NCBI GenBank assembly: GCA_051875415.1 | Contig: JBJEGU010000047.1 | Location: 48,689 to 112,688 of the forward strand | Source of the DNA: Marinilabiliaceae bacterium | GTDB taxonomy: Bacteria > Bacteroidota > Bacteroidia > Bacteroidales > Marinilabiliaceae | Direction: 5' to 3' | DNA length: 64,000 nucleotides | Shown: piece by piece, positions 48,571 to 58,118 of the stretch | Layout: each line of letters opens with the position of its first letter | How positions within the stretch are numbered: the stretch's first letter is position 1 | Position numbers and translations under genes: made by a program | The notes under the pieces: generated by a model | Databases searched by the model: none | What the model saw: only the letters and a program-made list of their open reading frames with translations | What the model was told of the DNA's origin: nothing

Positions 48571-49035
48571 CCCGTTGGTGGCAATTATGTTTCATATTGA
48601 GAGCAGGTCTCCCAAAAGGTGAGCTTAGGCTATCCCGATATATATAGCGTTTGGTGCGGTGCTTCGGTATGCGTATACTCAACAAACCAAGTTAGGGTGG
48701 GGCGACTCCTATGCACCGTCAGTTTTGGCGGTTTTGTGATAATGCTCTGAATCACTGTGAAATACGTCTAATTTATGGCCAAGGGGTTGTTAAATATGTC
48801 AGTGAGCCTTCAAAATATCCTCCCGTGGTCTCGCCTCAACAATACAGAGCCGGTTCCCGATTGAGAGGGCTTCTGGGCAAACAACTAAGTTTTAGCCTTT
48901 TAACTTTCTTCTTTGCTCCCTAATCACTATCTTTGCGCCCGAAATGTGACTCCTATGGCTCTGATGTGGCTACTTGACTCCGGCCACATGACTCTAATAG
49001 CAAGTTTCGAAACTTATAAATAATTATCTAACAAA

Positions 49036-49299
49036 ATGAAGCAAGGAATCCATCCGGAGAACTACAGGCCTGTAGCCTTCACGGACATGTCCAACAACGA
49101 GACTTTCATCATCCGTTCTGCTGCTAACTGCAAGGACACCATCGAGATCGACGGCGTTACCTATCCTCAGATGAAGCTCGAAATCTCCAGCAGCTCTCAC
49201 CCTTTCTACACAGGCAAGATGAAGCTCGTCGATACCGCCGGCCGTGTCGACAAGTTCATGAACCGTTACTCTAAGCACTTCGAGAACAGGAAGAAGTAA
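49036..49299 (+). CDS. rpmE: 50S ribosomal protein L31, type B (no CxxC zinc knuckle)
   Basis: MKQGIHPENY...HPFYTGK...DTAGRVDKF. 87 aa. Confidence 0.93.
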   Translation: MKQGIHPENYRPVAFTDMSNNETFIIRSAANCKDTIEIDGVTYPQMKLEISSSSHPFYTGKMKLVDTAGRVDKFMNRYSKHFENRKK

Positions 49300-49433
49300 T
49301 TCCCGCCCCGCTCTCTTTAGTGTAGGCTACGCCCCCGTGACGTTAGCCTTGCGCCAAACAAGAAGGACGGCGCGCCCGATTCAAACCTCGGGCTTCGTCC
49401 GGCAAATGACGCTTAAACATTTGTGAGGAATGA

Positions 49434-49478
49434 CAACCCGCCCTGCTTATGCGGCAGAGCGGGTTGCTTCTTTTTGTT
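49434..49478 (+). terminator. intrinsic terminator downstream of rpmE
   Basis: CAACCCGCCCTGC...GCAGAGCGGGTTG followed by CTTCTTTTTGTT. It lies inside the 5' extension of track ORF 49430..50845, which argues against that extension. Confidence 0.55.
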
Positions 49479-49522
49479 GCGTCTCATCCTTATCACCTGT
49501 TGCCCAAATACATCCCCTTTTT

Positions 49523-50845
49523 ATGATTGACTACAGCTCCTTCCTTTGCCGCAAAGTCGCCTTCCACACCCTCGGGTGCAAACTCAATTTCAGCGAGACG
49601 AGCGACATGGCTCGCCGACTTGCCGAGGTAGGCTTCGAAAGGGTTGATTTCGACGACTTTGCCGACGTCTACGTAATCAACACGTGCACCGTGACTGAGG
49701 AGGCGAACAAGAAGTGCCGTCAGATGATAGGCCGTTGCATTCGCCACAATGCCGATGCCTTTGTAGTTGTGACTGGCTGCTTCGCCCAGCTCCAGGCCGA
49801 CAAGATTCTCCAGATGCCGGGCGTGAGCCTCGTCCTGGGAGGAAATCAGAAAGGCGAGGTGGTGACGCAGATTCTCACTGGTCTTGAGAACAGGGGCGAG
49901 AAGAGGGTCGTCACGGGCGACATCCTTCGCGACCGCCGTTTCGTGGGCAGCTATTCAAGTGGCGACCGCACCCGCTCGTTCCTCAAAGTGCAGGACGGGT
50001 GCGACTACTTCTGCTCTTATTGCACCATCCCGATGGCGCGTGGGCTGAGCCGCAGCGGCACTGTGGCCGAGACTGTTGTGCTCGCGAGGCGGGCTGTGGC
50101 CGACGGTGCCAGGGAGATTGTGCTTACGGGCGTCAACATTGGCGACTTCGGGCGTCATCAGGGCGAGACGTTCCTCCAACTCGTTGAGGCTCTTGAGGAT
50201 GTCGAGGGCGTGGAGAGGTACCGCATATCGAGCATCGAGCCCAACCTGCTCACCGACGACGTCATCCGTCATTGCGCCCAGCCTGGCAGCAAGTTCATGC
50301 CCCATTTCCATATCCCGCTCCAAAGCGGGTCCGACTCCATGCTCCGCCTCATGCGCCGGCGCTACGACACTGCGCTCTATGCCGCCAAAGTCCAGACCGT
50401 CAAGTCGCTGATCCCCGACTGCTTCATAGGAGTGGATGTCATCGTGGGCGTCAACGGCGAGACGGAAGAGATGTTCGAAGAGTCGCGACGCTTCATTGAG
50501 GGCGTCGACGTGTCGCAGCTCCACGTGTTCACCTACTCCGAGCGGCCGGGCACCCGTGCCCTTGACATAAAGCCCGTCGTGCCTGCCCCTGAGCGGCATA
50601 GGCGCAACGCCGTCCTCCACAACCTTTCGGAGATGAAGCGCAGGGCCTTCTACCGCGATCAGGAGGGTAGGGAGGCGCGTGTCCTTATCGAGTCCACCGT
50701 CCGCGAGGGGCTTCACGTCGGCTTCACGGAGAACTACGTGAGGGTCGAGGTGGCCGCCCGTGCCGAGGAGGTCAACACTGTCGTGCCTGTCCGTCTTGGG
50801 CGGCTGTCGGTCGACGGGCTAAGCCTATCCTCGCAGCGTATGTAG
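49523..50845 (+). CDS. mtaB: tRNA (t6A37) methylthiotransferase MtaB (radical SAM)
   Basis: Internal ATG. N-terminal cluster motif VAFHTLGCKLNFSE. Radical-SAM motif CDYFCSYC. 440 aa. Confidence 0.85.
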   Translation: MIDYSSFLCRKVAFHTLGCKLNFSETSDMARRLAEVGFERVDFDDFADVYVINTCTVTEEANKKCRQMIGRCIRHNADAFVVVTGCFAQLQADKILQMPGVSLVLGGNQKGEVVTQILTGLENRGEKRVVTGDILRDRRFVGSYSSGDRTRSFLKVQDGCDYFCSYCTIPMARGLSRSGTVAETVVLARRAVADGAREIVLTGVNIGDFGRHQGETFLQLVEALEDVEGVERYRISSIEPNLLTDDVIRHCAQPGSKFMPHFHIPLQSGSDSMLRLMRRRYDTALYAAKVQTVKSLIPDCFIGVDVIVGVNGETEEMFEESRRFIEGVDVSQLHVFTYSERPGTRALDIKPVVPAPERHRRNAVLHNLSEMKRRAFYRDQEGREARVLIESTVREGLHVGFTENYVRVEVAARAEEVNTVVPVRLGRLSVDGLSLSSQRM

Positions 50846-50944
50846 CCTATTTTTAGGACGGTATATGCATTGTATATTCAAAAATCTATCTAACTTTGTG
50901 TGCGGTTTATGACCGTGTTGTTAAAATATTAATCCTTTAGACAG

Positions 50945-52258
50945 ATGAAGATCCTTAAGTTCGGCGGCACGTCAGTTGGCTCCGCAGCCCGCATGAAGGA
51001 CGTTGCTAAGCTCGTCCTCGATGGCGAGGTCAAAATAGTTGTCCTTTCCGCCATGTCTGGCACCACCAACAGCCTTGTCGAGATTTCGAACTACCTCTAT
51101 AAGAAGAATGCCGATGGCGCCAACGAGGTCATCAGCAAGCTCGAGGCAAAGTACGCTCAGCACATCGACGAGCTCTACGCCTCCGACGAGTATAAGGCCA
51201 AGGGCCTTGAGCTCATCCGCGAGAGGTTCAACTACATCAAGTCGTTCACCAACAACGTCTTCACTGTCTTCCACGAGAAGGAGATTCTCTCCCAGGGCGA
51301 GCTCATCTCGACCGGTATGTTCAACCTCTATCTCCTTGAGCAGGGCGTAAAGAGCTGCCTCCTCCCCGCGCTCGACTATATGCGCATCGACAAGAACAAC
51401 GAGCCCGACACGGCCTACATCCGTGAGAACCTCCGCGCCCTCCTCGACAAGAACCAGGGTTACGAGATCTACATCACGCAAGGCTACATCTGCCGCAACT
51501 CGTTCGGCGAGGTGGACAACCTCCAGCGCGGCGGCTCTGACTACACGGCGTCGCTCATCGGCGCGGCTCTCCTCGCCGACGAGATCCAGATTTGGACTGA
51601 CATCGACGGCATGCACAACAACGACCCGCGTTTCGTGGAGGGCACGAAGCCCGTCTCTGAGCTCTCGTTCGACGAGGCAGCTGAGCTCGCTTACTTCGGC
51701 GCCAAGATTCTCCATCCGACGTGCGTCCTCCCCGCCAAGGTGAACAACATCCCCGTCCGCCTTCTCAACACCATGGATCCCAAGGCTCCTGGCACTCTCA
51801 TCTCGGGCCACCAGTGCGCCAACCGCGTAGCTGCCATCGCTGCCAAGGACAACATCACGGCACTCCGCATCAAGAGCAGCCGCATGCTCCTGGCCTACGG
51901 CTTCATGCGCAAGGTGTTCGAGATTTTTGAGAGCTACAAGACTCCCATCGACATGATAACCACCAGCGAGGTGGGCGTATCCGTCACCATCGACAACGAC
52001 CGTCATCTCTACGACATCATCGACGACCTGAAGAAATATGGAACTGTCGAGGTCGACAAGGACCAGTGCATCATATGCATAGCTGGCGATTTCGCGGCCG
52101 ACAAGAAGGGCTATGCGGGCAAGATTTTCGACGCTCTGACCGACGTGCCTGTGCGGATGATTTCCTACGGCGGCTCAAGCCACAACGTGTCGGTGCTCAT
52201 CAACGCGTCCGACAAGGTGACGGCCCTCCGCGGCCTCTCAGCCCACCTTTTCAACTAA
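50945..52258 (+). CDS. lysC: aspartate kinase
   Basis: MKILKFGGTSVGS, plus C-terminal ACT domains. 437 aa. Confidence 0.92.
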   Translation: MKILKFGGTSVGSAARMKDVAKLVLDGEVKIVVLSAMSGTTNSLVEISNYLYKKNADGANEVISKLEAKYAQHIDELYASDEYKAKGLELIRERFNYIKSFTNNVFTVFHEKEILSQGELISTGMFNLYLLEQGVKSCLLPALDYMRIDKNNEPDTAYIRENLRALLDKNQGYEIYITQGYICRNSFGEVDNLQRGGSDYTASLIGAALLADEIQIWTDIDGMHNNDPRFVEGTKPVSELSFDEAAELAYFGAKILHPTCVLPAKVNNIPVRLLNTMDPKAPGTLISGHQCANRVAAIAAKDNITALRIKSSRMLLAYGFMRKVFEIFESYKTPIDMITTSEVGVSVTIDNDRHLYDIIDDLKKYGTVEVDKDQCIICIAGDFAADKKGYAGKIFDALTDVPVRMISYGGSSHNVSVLINASDKVTALRGLSAHLFN

Positions 52259-52274
52259 AGCGGCATCATCACAC

Positions 52275-52314
52275 GGCGGCACGCGTCCTCGCAAGGGCGT
52301 ATGCCGCCTTTTTT
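52275..52314 (+). terminator. intrinsic terminator after lysC
   Basis: GGCGGCA...TGCCGCC followed by TTTTTT. Confidence 0.55.
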
Positions 52315-52432
52315 CAGCCTCTCCCGTGGCCATCTGTCCGCCCCGCGCATCGCGAATGTGGGAGAATGCGCGATCGCACGGGCGCAGAGTGGAAAGAGGC
52401 GATTACGATAAAACCTTTAACCCCGACAACAC

Positions 52433-53575
52433 ATGAGTTTCCCGATAGACAAGTTCGCGCAGACGCAGACCCCTTTCTATTATTACGACATCGACCTGCT
52501 CCGCAATACGCTCGACGAGGTGAGCCGCCTTGCCAAGAGGCATGACTACCGCGTCCACTTTGCCGTCAAGGCCAACGCCAACCCGCGAATCCTCGACGAG
52601 GTCCGTAACTACGGCCTTGGCATCGACTGCGTGAGCGGCAACGAGGTGCGCGCCGCCCTGGAGCATGGCTTCGATGCCAAGAAGATTGTCTATGCCGGCG
52701 TGGGCAAGGCCGATTGGGAGATTAACCTCGCCCTTGATGCCGACATAGAGTGCTTCAACGTCGAGAGCATCCCCGAGATGGAGGTCATCAACGAGCTCGC
52801 CATGGCCAAGGGCAAGGTGGCAGACATCGCGCTGCGCATAAACCCCAATGTCGACGCTCACACGCACCAGTATATCACCACTGGTCTGGAGGAGAACAAG
52901 TTCGGCATTGGCCTGTGGGAGGTCGAGGCCGCGGCCGCCAAGGCCAGCGAGCTGACCAACATCAACCTCGTAGGCGTCCACTTCCATATCGGTTCGCAGA
53001 TTACGGACATGGGGGCCTTCCAGGCTCTCTGCACGCGCATCAACGGGCTGCTCAGGTGGTTCGAGGAGCATAAGTATGAGATTTCGGTTGTTAACGTTGG
53101 CGGCGGCCTTGGCATTGACTATGAGCACCCTGACGAGGCCCCGGTTCCCGACTTTGAGGCTTATTTCGACACTTTCGCACGCCACCTTGATCTCCGCGAC
53201 GGTCAGACAGTCCACTTTGAGCTCGGCCGCAGCCTCGTGGCGCAGTGCGGTTCGCTCATTACGAGGGTCCTCTACGTCAAGAAGGGTCAGAAAAAGCAGT
53301 TCGCCATTGTCGATGCTGGCATGAACGACCTCATCCGCCCGGCCCTCTACCATGCATACCATAAGATAGAGAACATATCGAGCGCCGCGGCCACGGAGAA
53401 GTACGATGTCGTGGGCCCCGTGTGCGAGTCGTCCGACTGCTTCGGCAAGGAGGTGGTACTCAATGGCACAAAGCGTGGCGACTTTATCGCCATCCGCTCG
53501 GCCGGGGCCTATGGCGAGGTCATGAGCTCGCGCTACAACCTCCGTCCTTTCGCCGAGAGCCGTTTCTCGAAGTAA
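52433..53575 (+). CDS. lysA: diaminopimelate decarboxylase
   Basis: TPFYYYD, the PLP Lys in HFAVKAN, GGGLGIDY and CESSD. 380 aa. Confidence 0.93.
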   Translation: MSFPIDKFAQTQTPFYYYDIDLLRNTLDEVSRLAKRHDYRVHFAVKANANPRILDEVRNYGLGIDCVSGNEVRAALEHGFDAKKIVYAGVGKADWEINLALDADIECFNVESIPEMEVINELAMAKGKVADIALRINPNVDAHTHQYITTGLEENKFGIGLWEVEAAAAKASELTNINLVGVHFHIGSQITDMGAFQALCTRINGLLRWFEEHKYEISVVNVGGGLGIDYEHPDEAPVPDFEAYFDTFARHLDLRDGQTVHFELGRSLVAQCGSLITRVLYVKKGQKKQFAIVDAGMNDLIRPALYHAYHKIENISSAAATEKYDVVGPVCESSDCFGKEVVLNGTKRGDFIAIRSAGAYGEVMSSRYNLRPFAESRFSK

Positions 53576-53594
53576 AGACTGGCAAAAACTTTTG

Positions 53595-53645
53595 GCCGCG
53601 CCGTCGCTTGCCTCTGTCCGGGGCGAACGGCGGCGCGGCTTTTTG
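53595..53645 (+). terminator. intrinsic terminator after lysA
   Basis: GCCGCGCCG...CGGCGCGGC followed by TTTTT. Confidence 0.5.
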
Positions 53646-53809
53646 CGTGTGGCGGCAGTTTTAGGGGATGTTTTGGAGCATTATGTGCGCGAAAGGACGG
53701 GACTTGACGCCGGCCGAGCGTCTGTCGCGCCCGATTGTATGTGTCCGCGGCTCTCTTTTATCCAAAATGTGACTATCTTTGAGTAAGAGAAAATTTGTAA
53801 TATAGACAA

Positions 53810-55402
53810 ATGGTCAAGCGATACGATTTTCTGGTCATCGGCTCCGGCGCTGCCGGCCTGACCTACGCTCTGAAGGTCGCTCCACACGGTAAGGTGGCCC
53901 TCATTTCCAAGACAACGCTCGATGTCACCAACACCAGCAAGGCGCAAGGTGGAATTGCCGCCGTCACCAGCACGGTTGACGACTTCGAGAAGCACATTGT
54001 CGACACCCACATTGCCGGCGCGGGCATATGCGACCCCGAGGTCGTCCGGATGGTCGTCACCCACGCCCCGGCGCAGATTGAGCAGCTGCTCAAGTGGGGT
54101 ACGGACTTCGACAAGAAGAGCGACGGGCAGTTCGACCTCCACCGCGAGGGCGGTCACTCCGAGTTCCGAATCCTCCACCACGAGGACAGCACCGGCGCCG
54201 AGATTCAGCGCGCCCTCATATCGCAGATTAAGAGCCACCCAAATATCGACGTCTACGAGAACTACTTCGCCGTCAACATCCTCACCCAGCATCACTTCGG
54301 CCGCAACAATGAGCCCTGGATGAGGGATATCGACTGCTACGGCGCCTACGTCCTCAACGAGGCGACCGGTGAGGTCATAACCTTCCTCTCGAAGGTGACG
54401 ATGATGGCCACGGGCGGCATAGGCAACGTCTATCAGGTCACGACCAACCCCACCATCTCGACGGGCGACGGCATTGCCATGGTCTTCCGCGCAAAGGGCG
54501 TCATCCAGAATATGGAGTTCGTCCAGTTCCACCCGACAAGCCTCTACAACCCCGGCGAGCGTCCCAGCTTCCTCATAACCGAGGCCATGCGCGGCTACGG
54601 CGGACAGCTCCGACGCCGCGACGGCACGACCTTCATGGAGAAATACGACAGCCGCGGAAGCCTCGCCCCGCGCGACATCGTGGCCCGCGCCATAGACAAC
54701 GAGATGAAGATTTCGGGCGACGACTATGTCTACCTCGACGTGACGCACAAGGACCCTGAGCAGACTAAGCACCACTTCCCCATGATCTACGAGAAGTGCC
54801 TCTCGCTCGGCATTGACATAACGAAGCAGTACATCCCCGTCACGCCCGCTGCCCACTACCTCTGCGGCGGAATAAAGGTCGACCTCCGCGGACGCTCGTC
54901 CATCAACCACCTCTACGCCGCCGGTGAGTGCAGCTGCACCGGCCTTCACGGCGCCAACCGACTGGCCTCCAACTCCCTGCTTGAGGCTCTTGTCTACGCC
55001 GACGTGGCGGCGACCGACTCCATTGAGGTAATGAAGCACACCGAGTGGCGCAACGACATCCCCGAGTGGAACAACGACGGCACGGTCCACAACGAGGAGA
55101 TGGTTCTCATCACCCAGGCCAACCAGGAGGTCGAGACCATCATGCGCAACTATGTCGGCATCGTCCGCAGCAACGTAAGGCTCAAGCGCGCCCACGACCG
55201 CCTCGAAATCATCTACCGCGAGACGGAGGAGCTCTACCAGAACAGCCACATAAGCCAGAAACTGTGCGAGCTGCGCAATAAGATTAATATCGGCTACCTC
55301 ATCATCAAGATGGCCCAGAAGCGCCATGAGAGCCGCGGGCTCCACTACACGCTCGATTACCCCGAGCGCAACAGGAATCTCGATACTTACCCGATCGACT
55401 GA
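53810..55402 (+). CDS. nadB: L-aspartate oxidase
   Basis: FAD-binding motif DFLVIGSGAAGL. The FRD/SDH flavoprotein fold ends with RGLHY. 530 aa. Confidence 0.95.
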   Translation: MVKRYDFLVIGSGAAGLTYALKVAPHGKVALISKTTLDVTNTSKAQGGIAAVTSTVDDFEKHIVDTHIAGAGICDPEVVRMVVTHAPAQIEQLLKWGTDFDKKSDGQFDLHREGGHSEFRILHHEDSTGAEIQRALISQIKSHPNIDVYENYFAVNILTQHHFGRNNEPWMRDIDCYGAYVLNEATGEVITFLSKVTMMATGGIGNVYQVTTNPTISTGDGIAMVFRAKGVIQNMEFVQFHPTSLYNPGERPSFLITEAMRGYGGQLRRRDGTTFMEKYDSRGSLAPRDIVARAIDNEMKISGDDYVYLDVTHKDPEQTKHHFPMIYEKCLSLGIDITKQYIPVTPAAHYLCGGIKVDLRGRSSINHLYAAGECSCTGLHGANRLASNSLLEALVYADVAATDSIEVMKHTEWRNDIPEWNNDGTVHNEEMVLITQANQEVETIMRNYVGIVRSNVRLKRAHDRLEIIYRETEELYQNSHISQKLCELRNKINIGYLIIKMAQKRHESRGLHYTLDYPERNRNLDTYPID

Positions 55403-55432
55403 CGGCCGCTCCCAAGGCGACGTTGATGTAAA

Positions 55433-55477
55433 AGCATTCCGGCCGACATCGCCACGTGCGAGGTCGGCCGGAATGCT
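55433..55477. terminator. bidirectional terminator between nadB and the OmpA-family gene
   Basis: AGCATTCCGGCCGAC...GTCGGCCGGAATGCT, a 15-bp perfect stem. Confidence 0.6.
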
Positions 55478-55517
55478 TATGTGTGCGCTGCTTTAGGCGT
55501 TTGCGTGCGATGACCTG

Positions 55518-56144
55518 TTACAGCCTGTCGAGCATGGCCTGCCCTACGCATATTGTCACCTCGACGCGGCGGTTGGCCTCGCGCCCCTCTATGAGGTGGT
55601 TGTCGGCAATGGGGTAGTCGTAGGAGAAGCCGCGTGGCGTGACTCGGAGGCTGTCCACGCCGTTGCGGATGAGCAGGTTGCCTATGGCCAGTGCGCGGCG
55701 GAACGATACGGTCATGTTCTCGTCGTAGGGGCCTACGTTGTCGGTATGCCCGTCGACTAAGATGTCGGCGAAGGCCCATACGTCCACCATCTGGCGGCTG
55801 AGCCGTTCCATAGCCCGCTGCGTGGGGGCGTTGTAGCCGGTGACGTTGGGTTCGGCGGGCATCCCGCCTCCGCTCAGTGTGAGCTTGATGGCCATAAGGC
55901 CGTTGACGTCGCGCACGGTGGTGACTTTGGCGTCGCCGGCGATGGATTTGAGGCTGTCGGCCTTGGCGCGCACCATCCTGTCTATCAGGCGGACGGTGCG
56001 GCTGTCGAGCCGTATGTCCTGCTTCTGCCCGACTGTGGGTGTCTCGCCGAAGTGCTTCCAGTCAGTGCGCTGGGCGAGAGCCGACGTGTGGAGTGTGAAA
56101 ATGGCGGCTATGGCCGATATGGTCGCTATTATGCGAGTTTTCAT
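55518..56144 (-). CDS. OmpA-family (peptidoglycan-associated) protein
   Basis: Signal peptide, then a C-terminal OmpA_C domain (VDGHTDNVG...NMTVSFRRA...EANRRVEV). Confidence 0.8.
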   Translation of the reverse strand: MKTRIIATISAIAAIFTLHTSALAQRTDWKHFGETPTVGQKQDIRLDSRTVRLIDRMVRAKADSLKSIAGDAKVTTVRDVNGLMAIKLTLSGGGMPAEPNVTGYNAPTQRAMERLSRQMVDVWAFADILVDGHTDNVGPYDENMTVSFRRALAIGNLLIRNGVDSLRVTPRGFSYDYPIADNHLIEGREANRRVEVTICVGQAMLDRL

Positions 56145-56208
56145 TGTGGAATGCGAATATGGGCAAAGGTAACAACGTGATGCTCAAAAGTCAAGGGCGA
56201 CAGCGCGC

Positions 56209-56243
56209 AAAAAAGCCCCGCCAGAGTCATTGTCTGGCGGGGC
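56209..56243 (-). terminator. intrinsic terminator after the OmpA lipoprotein gene
   Basis: On the minus strand, GCCCCGCCAGA...TCTGGCGGGGC is followed by TTTTTT. Confidence 0.6.
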
Positions 56244-56274
56244 TGCGGGTTTTTAGAGCCTTGGCAGTCCGGGC

Positions 56275-56985
56275 TTACTTCTCGGCCTGAACCTCGGCAT
56301 CCTTAATCATCTCCTGGCTGGCAGTGATGTAGACCTCGACGCGGCGGTTCTGCTTGCGGCCCTCGGCGGTGCTGTTGTCAGCTACGGGGTACTCGGAAGC
56401 GAGGCCGCGGGTGGTGATGTTGGCCTTGGCTACGCCCTTGGAGACGAGGTAGTCGGTGACGGCCTGGGCGCGTGCGAGAGAGACTTTCTCGTTGACGGCT
56501 GTAGAGCCGGTGCTGTCGGTGTGACCCTCGACGGTGATGTCGGCGCCGGATACGTCCTCACCGGAAGTGAGGGTCTTGGCGAAGCTTGCGAGTGAAGCCT
56601 TGGCGGACTCGGAGAGGTTGCTCTTGCCAGTGGCGAACTTGATGCCCTCCTCGCCGAAGGTCACCTGGATGGCCTTGAGGCCGTTCTGGTCGGTGACCTC
56701 GTTGACCTGGGCGTTCTTGAGGGCCTCGAGCTCCTTCTTCTTCTTGTCCATCTTCTTGCCGATGATGATGCCGGCGGTCGTGCCGACAGCAGCGCCAGCG
56801 GCAGCGCCGATGAGCGCGCCCTTCTTACGGTTGTTCTTGGCAACGAGAGCGCCTACGCCTGCGCCGACAGCCGCGCCTGCGCCGCCGCCGATGAGGCCAC
56901 CCTTGGTGGCGCTGCTTGCGTTACAACCCGTGAGGACGATGGCGGTGCAGAGGCCTGCCATTACGAAGAGATTCTTCAGTTTCAT
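56275..56985 (-). CDS. OmpA-family lipoprotein with a glycine-zipper N-terminal region
   Basis: Lipobox VLTGC. Gly/Ala zipper GGLIGGGAGAAVGAGVGALV. OmpA_C domain (VEGHTDSTGS..N..LS..RA, RKQNRRVEV). Confidence 0.85.
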   Translation of the reverse strand: MKLKNLFVMAGLCTAIVLTGCNASSATKGGLIGGGAGAAVGAGVGALVAKNNRKKGALIGAAAGAAVGTTAGIIIGKKMDKKKKELEALKNAQVNEVTDQNGLKAIQVTFGEEGIKFATGKSNLSESAKASLASFAKTLTSGEDVSGADITVEGHTDSTGSTAVNEKVSLARAQAVTDYLVSKGVAKANITTRGLASEYPVADNSTAEGRKQNRRVEVYITASQEMIKDAEVQAEK

Positions 56986-57277
56986 TGTGTTGTTGTATTT
57001 ATTAGTTAATTCTTAGCTGTTTTGTCGAGGTGCGCGAGCTTTTTGTGAGGCTATGCCGCCGTGCGTCCGCACGCCTTGTTTGCAATAACTGTGCCGATAT
57101 ACGGATATAAGCTGCTTTTTGTTCTGATTATATGGGAAAAATAGCGCAACTGTCGCCGATATGCCATTTGGGCAAACGGGCGGCCCTCGTCAAAATAAGC
57201 AAGGAAAGCGACCAGCCCCGGGCCTCACCATTAGCCCGTAGCTGACCGCTTGTGTTTTCCAGACTCTCCTTGCGCCC

Positions 57278-57940
57278 TTACGCCATCGGGACCCACGTCG
57301 GGTTGCGGTTGGCGAGGGTGTCCTGCCATACGGCGTAGATGTCGTGCTCGCCGCGGCGCGCGTTGCCCTCGGTCATGACGAGGCGGCTGCGCTTGGCGAT
57401 TATGACGCTTATGGGGTTCTCGGTCTCGGCCGTGGAGATGGAGAAGTCGATGCCGGCATCCTCGATGGAGGCCATGTCGACATGGCTTGCGGAGTCGTCG
57501 ACAATCACGGAGCAGTGGCGTTTGTGAGCCACCTCGGACATCCGCCTGATCGCGTCCTGGCCATAGGCCGATGTGCAGAGGACGTGCGAGATAGCGGCAT
57601 TCCCCTTCAGGACTTTGGCTATGGCCTCGGTGGCCTCGGCCCCCGTGGTCTCAATGGCCGTCATGCCGATGTGGAGGCTGTCGCATATCGACGCCCAGAA
57701 CCCGATCTCGTCTTTGCTGCCGACGGCCAGAAGCTCGCCGTACATGGGCACGGCCGAGGAGATGACGGACTGGGTAAGCTCGCGGTGGCCGAGGCTGAGG
57801 CAAAGACCCTCATAGCCAGTGAGGTAGAAATGATCCATAAGGCTCTTCTCGGCTGCGAGGCTCTTGAGAAGGTCGACGGAGTTCATGGCCGCCATGGCCT
57901 CGGAACAGCTCCTGAGTTGATCGAAGGATGTCGCTTTCAT
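57278..57940 (-). CDS. truncated class-V aminotransferase-like protein (large domain only; PLP lysine apparently absent)
   Basis: Internal ATG (MKATSFDQL). By-eye collinearity with the AGXT/PhnW large domain: ...HVLCTSAYGQDA.., HCSVIVDDSASHV.., GIDFSISTAETENP where those enzymes have S-x-x-K. Confidence 0.45.
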   Translation of the reverse strand: MKATSFDQLRSCSEAMAAMNSVDLLKSLAAEKSLMDHFYLTGYEGLCLSLGHRELTQSVISSAVPMYGELLAVGSKDEIGFWASICDSLHIGMTAIETTGAEATEAIAKVLKGNAAISHVLCTSAYGQDAIRRMSEVAHKRHCSVIVDDSASHVDMASIEDAGIDFSISTAETENPISVIIAKRSRLVMTEGNARRGEHDIYAVWQDTLANRNPTWVPMA

Positions 57941-58118
57941 GGTGAGTGCGATTATCTGGTGTGTTCTGTTTTGTCTTTTTCGGCTGGGGCTCTTTCCCGC
58001 CCCTTTCACTTATAAGACAACCGAGGAGGACGGAACACGTATGCCCCGCGGGAAAAATTATTTATTTTTGTGCCGCGGCCTTCGGGGCTGCCGAGTCAAC
58101 TAAATAATTTTGGCGAAA

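Noticed and set aside
48711-48923. 70-aa ORF in the long gldJ-rpmE intergenic region
   Set aside because: It has no motifs, odd composition and no convincing start context, and it overlaps the promoter-like element of rpmE. I treated it as non-coding, though a small protein or sRNA cannot be excluded.
49036-49299. Zur/zinc-regulated paralogue interpretation of the C-minus (type B) L31
   Set aside because: No second rpmE and no Zur-box-like palindrome were seen. Many Bacteroidota carry only the type B form as their housekeeping L31.
50846-50944. Possible lysine riboswitch upstream of lysC (and in 52259-52432 upstream of lysA)
   Set aside because: The lysC upstream region is only about 100 nt and AT-rich, with no L-box core. 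The lysC-lysA spacer contains a terminator and one extra hairpin, but nothing resembling the L-box.
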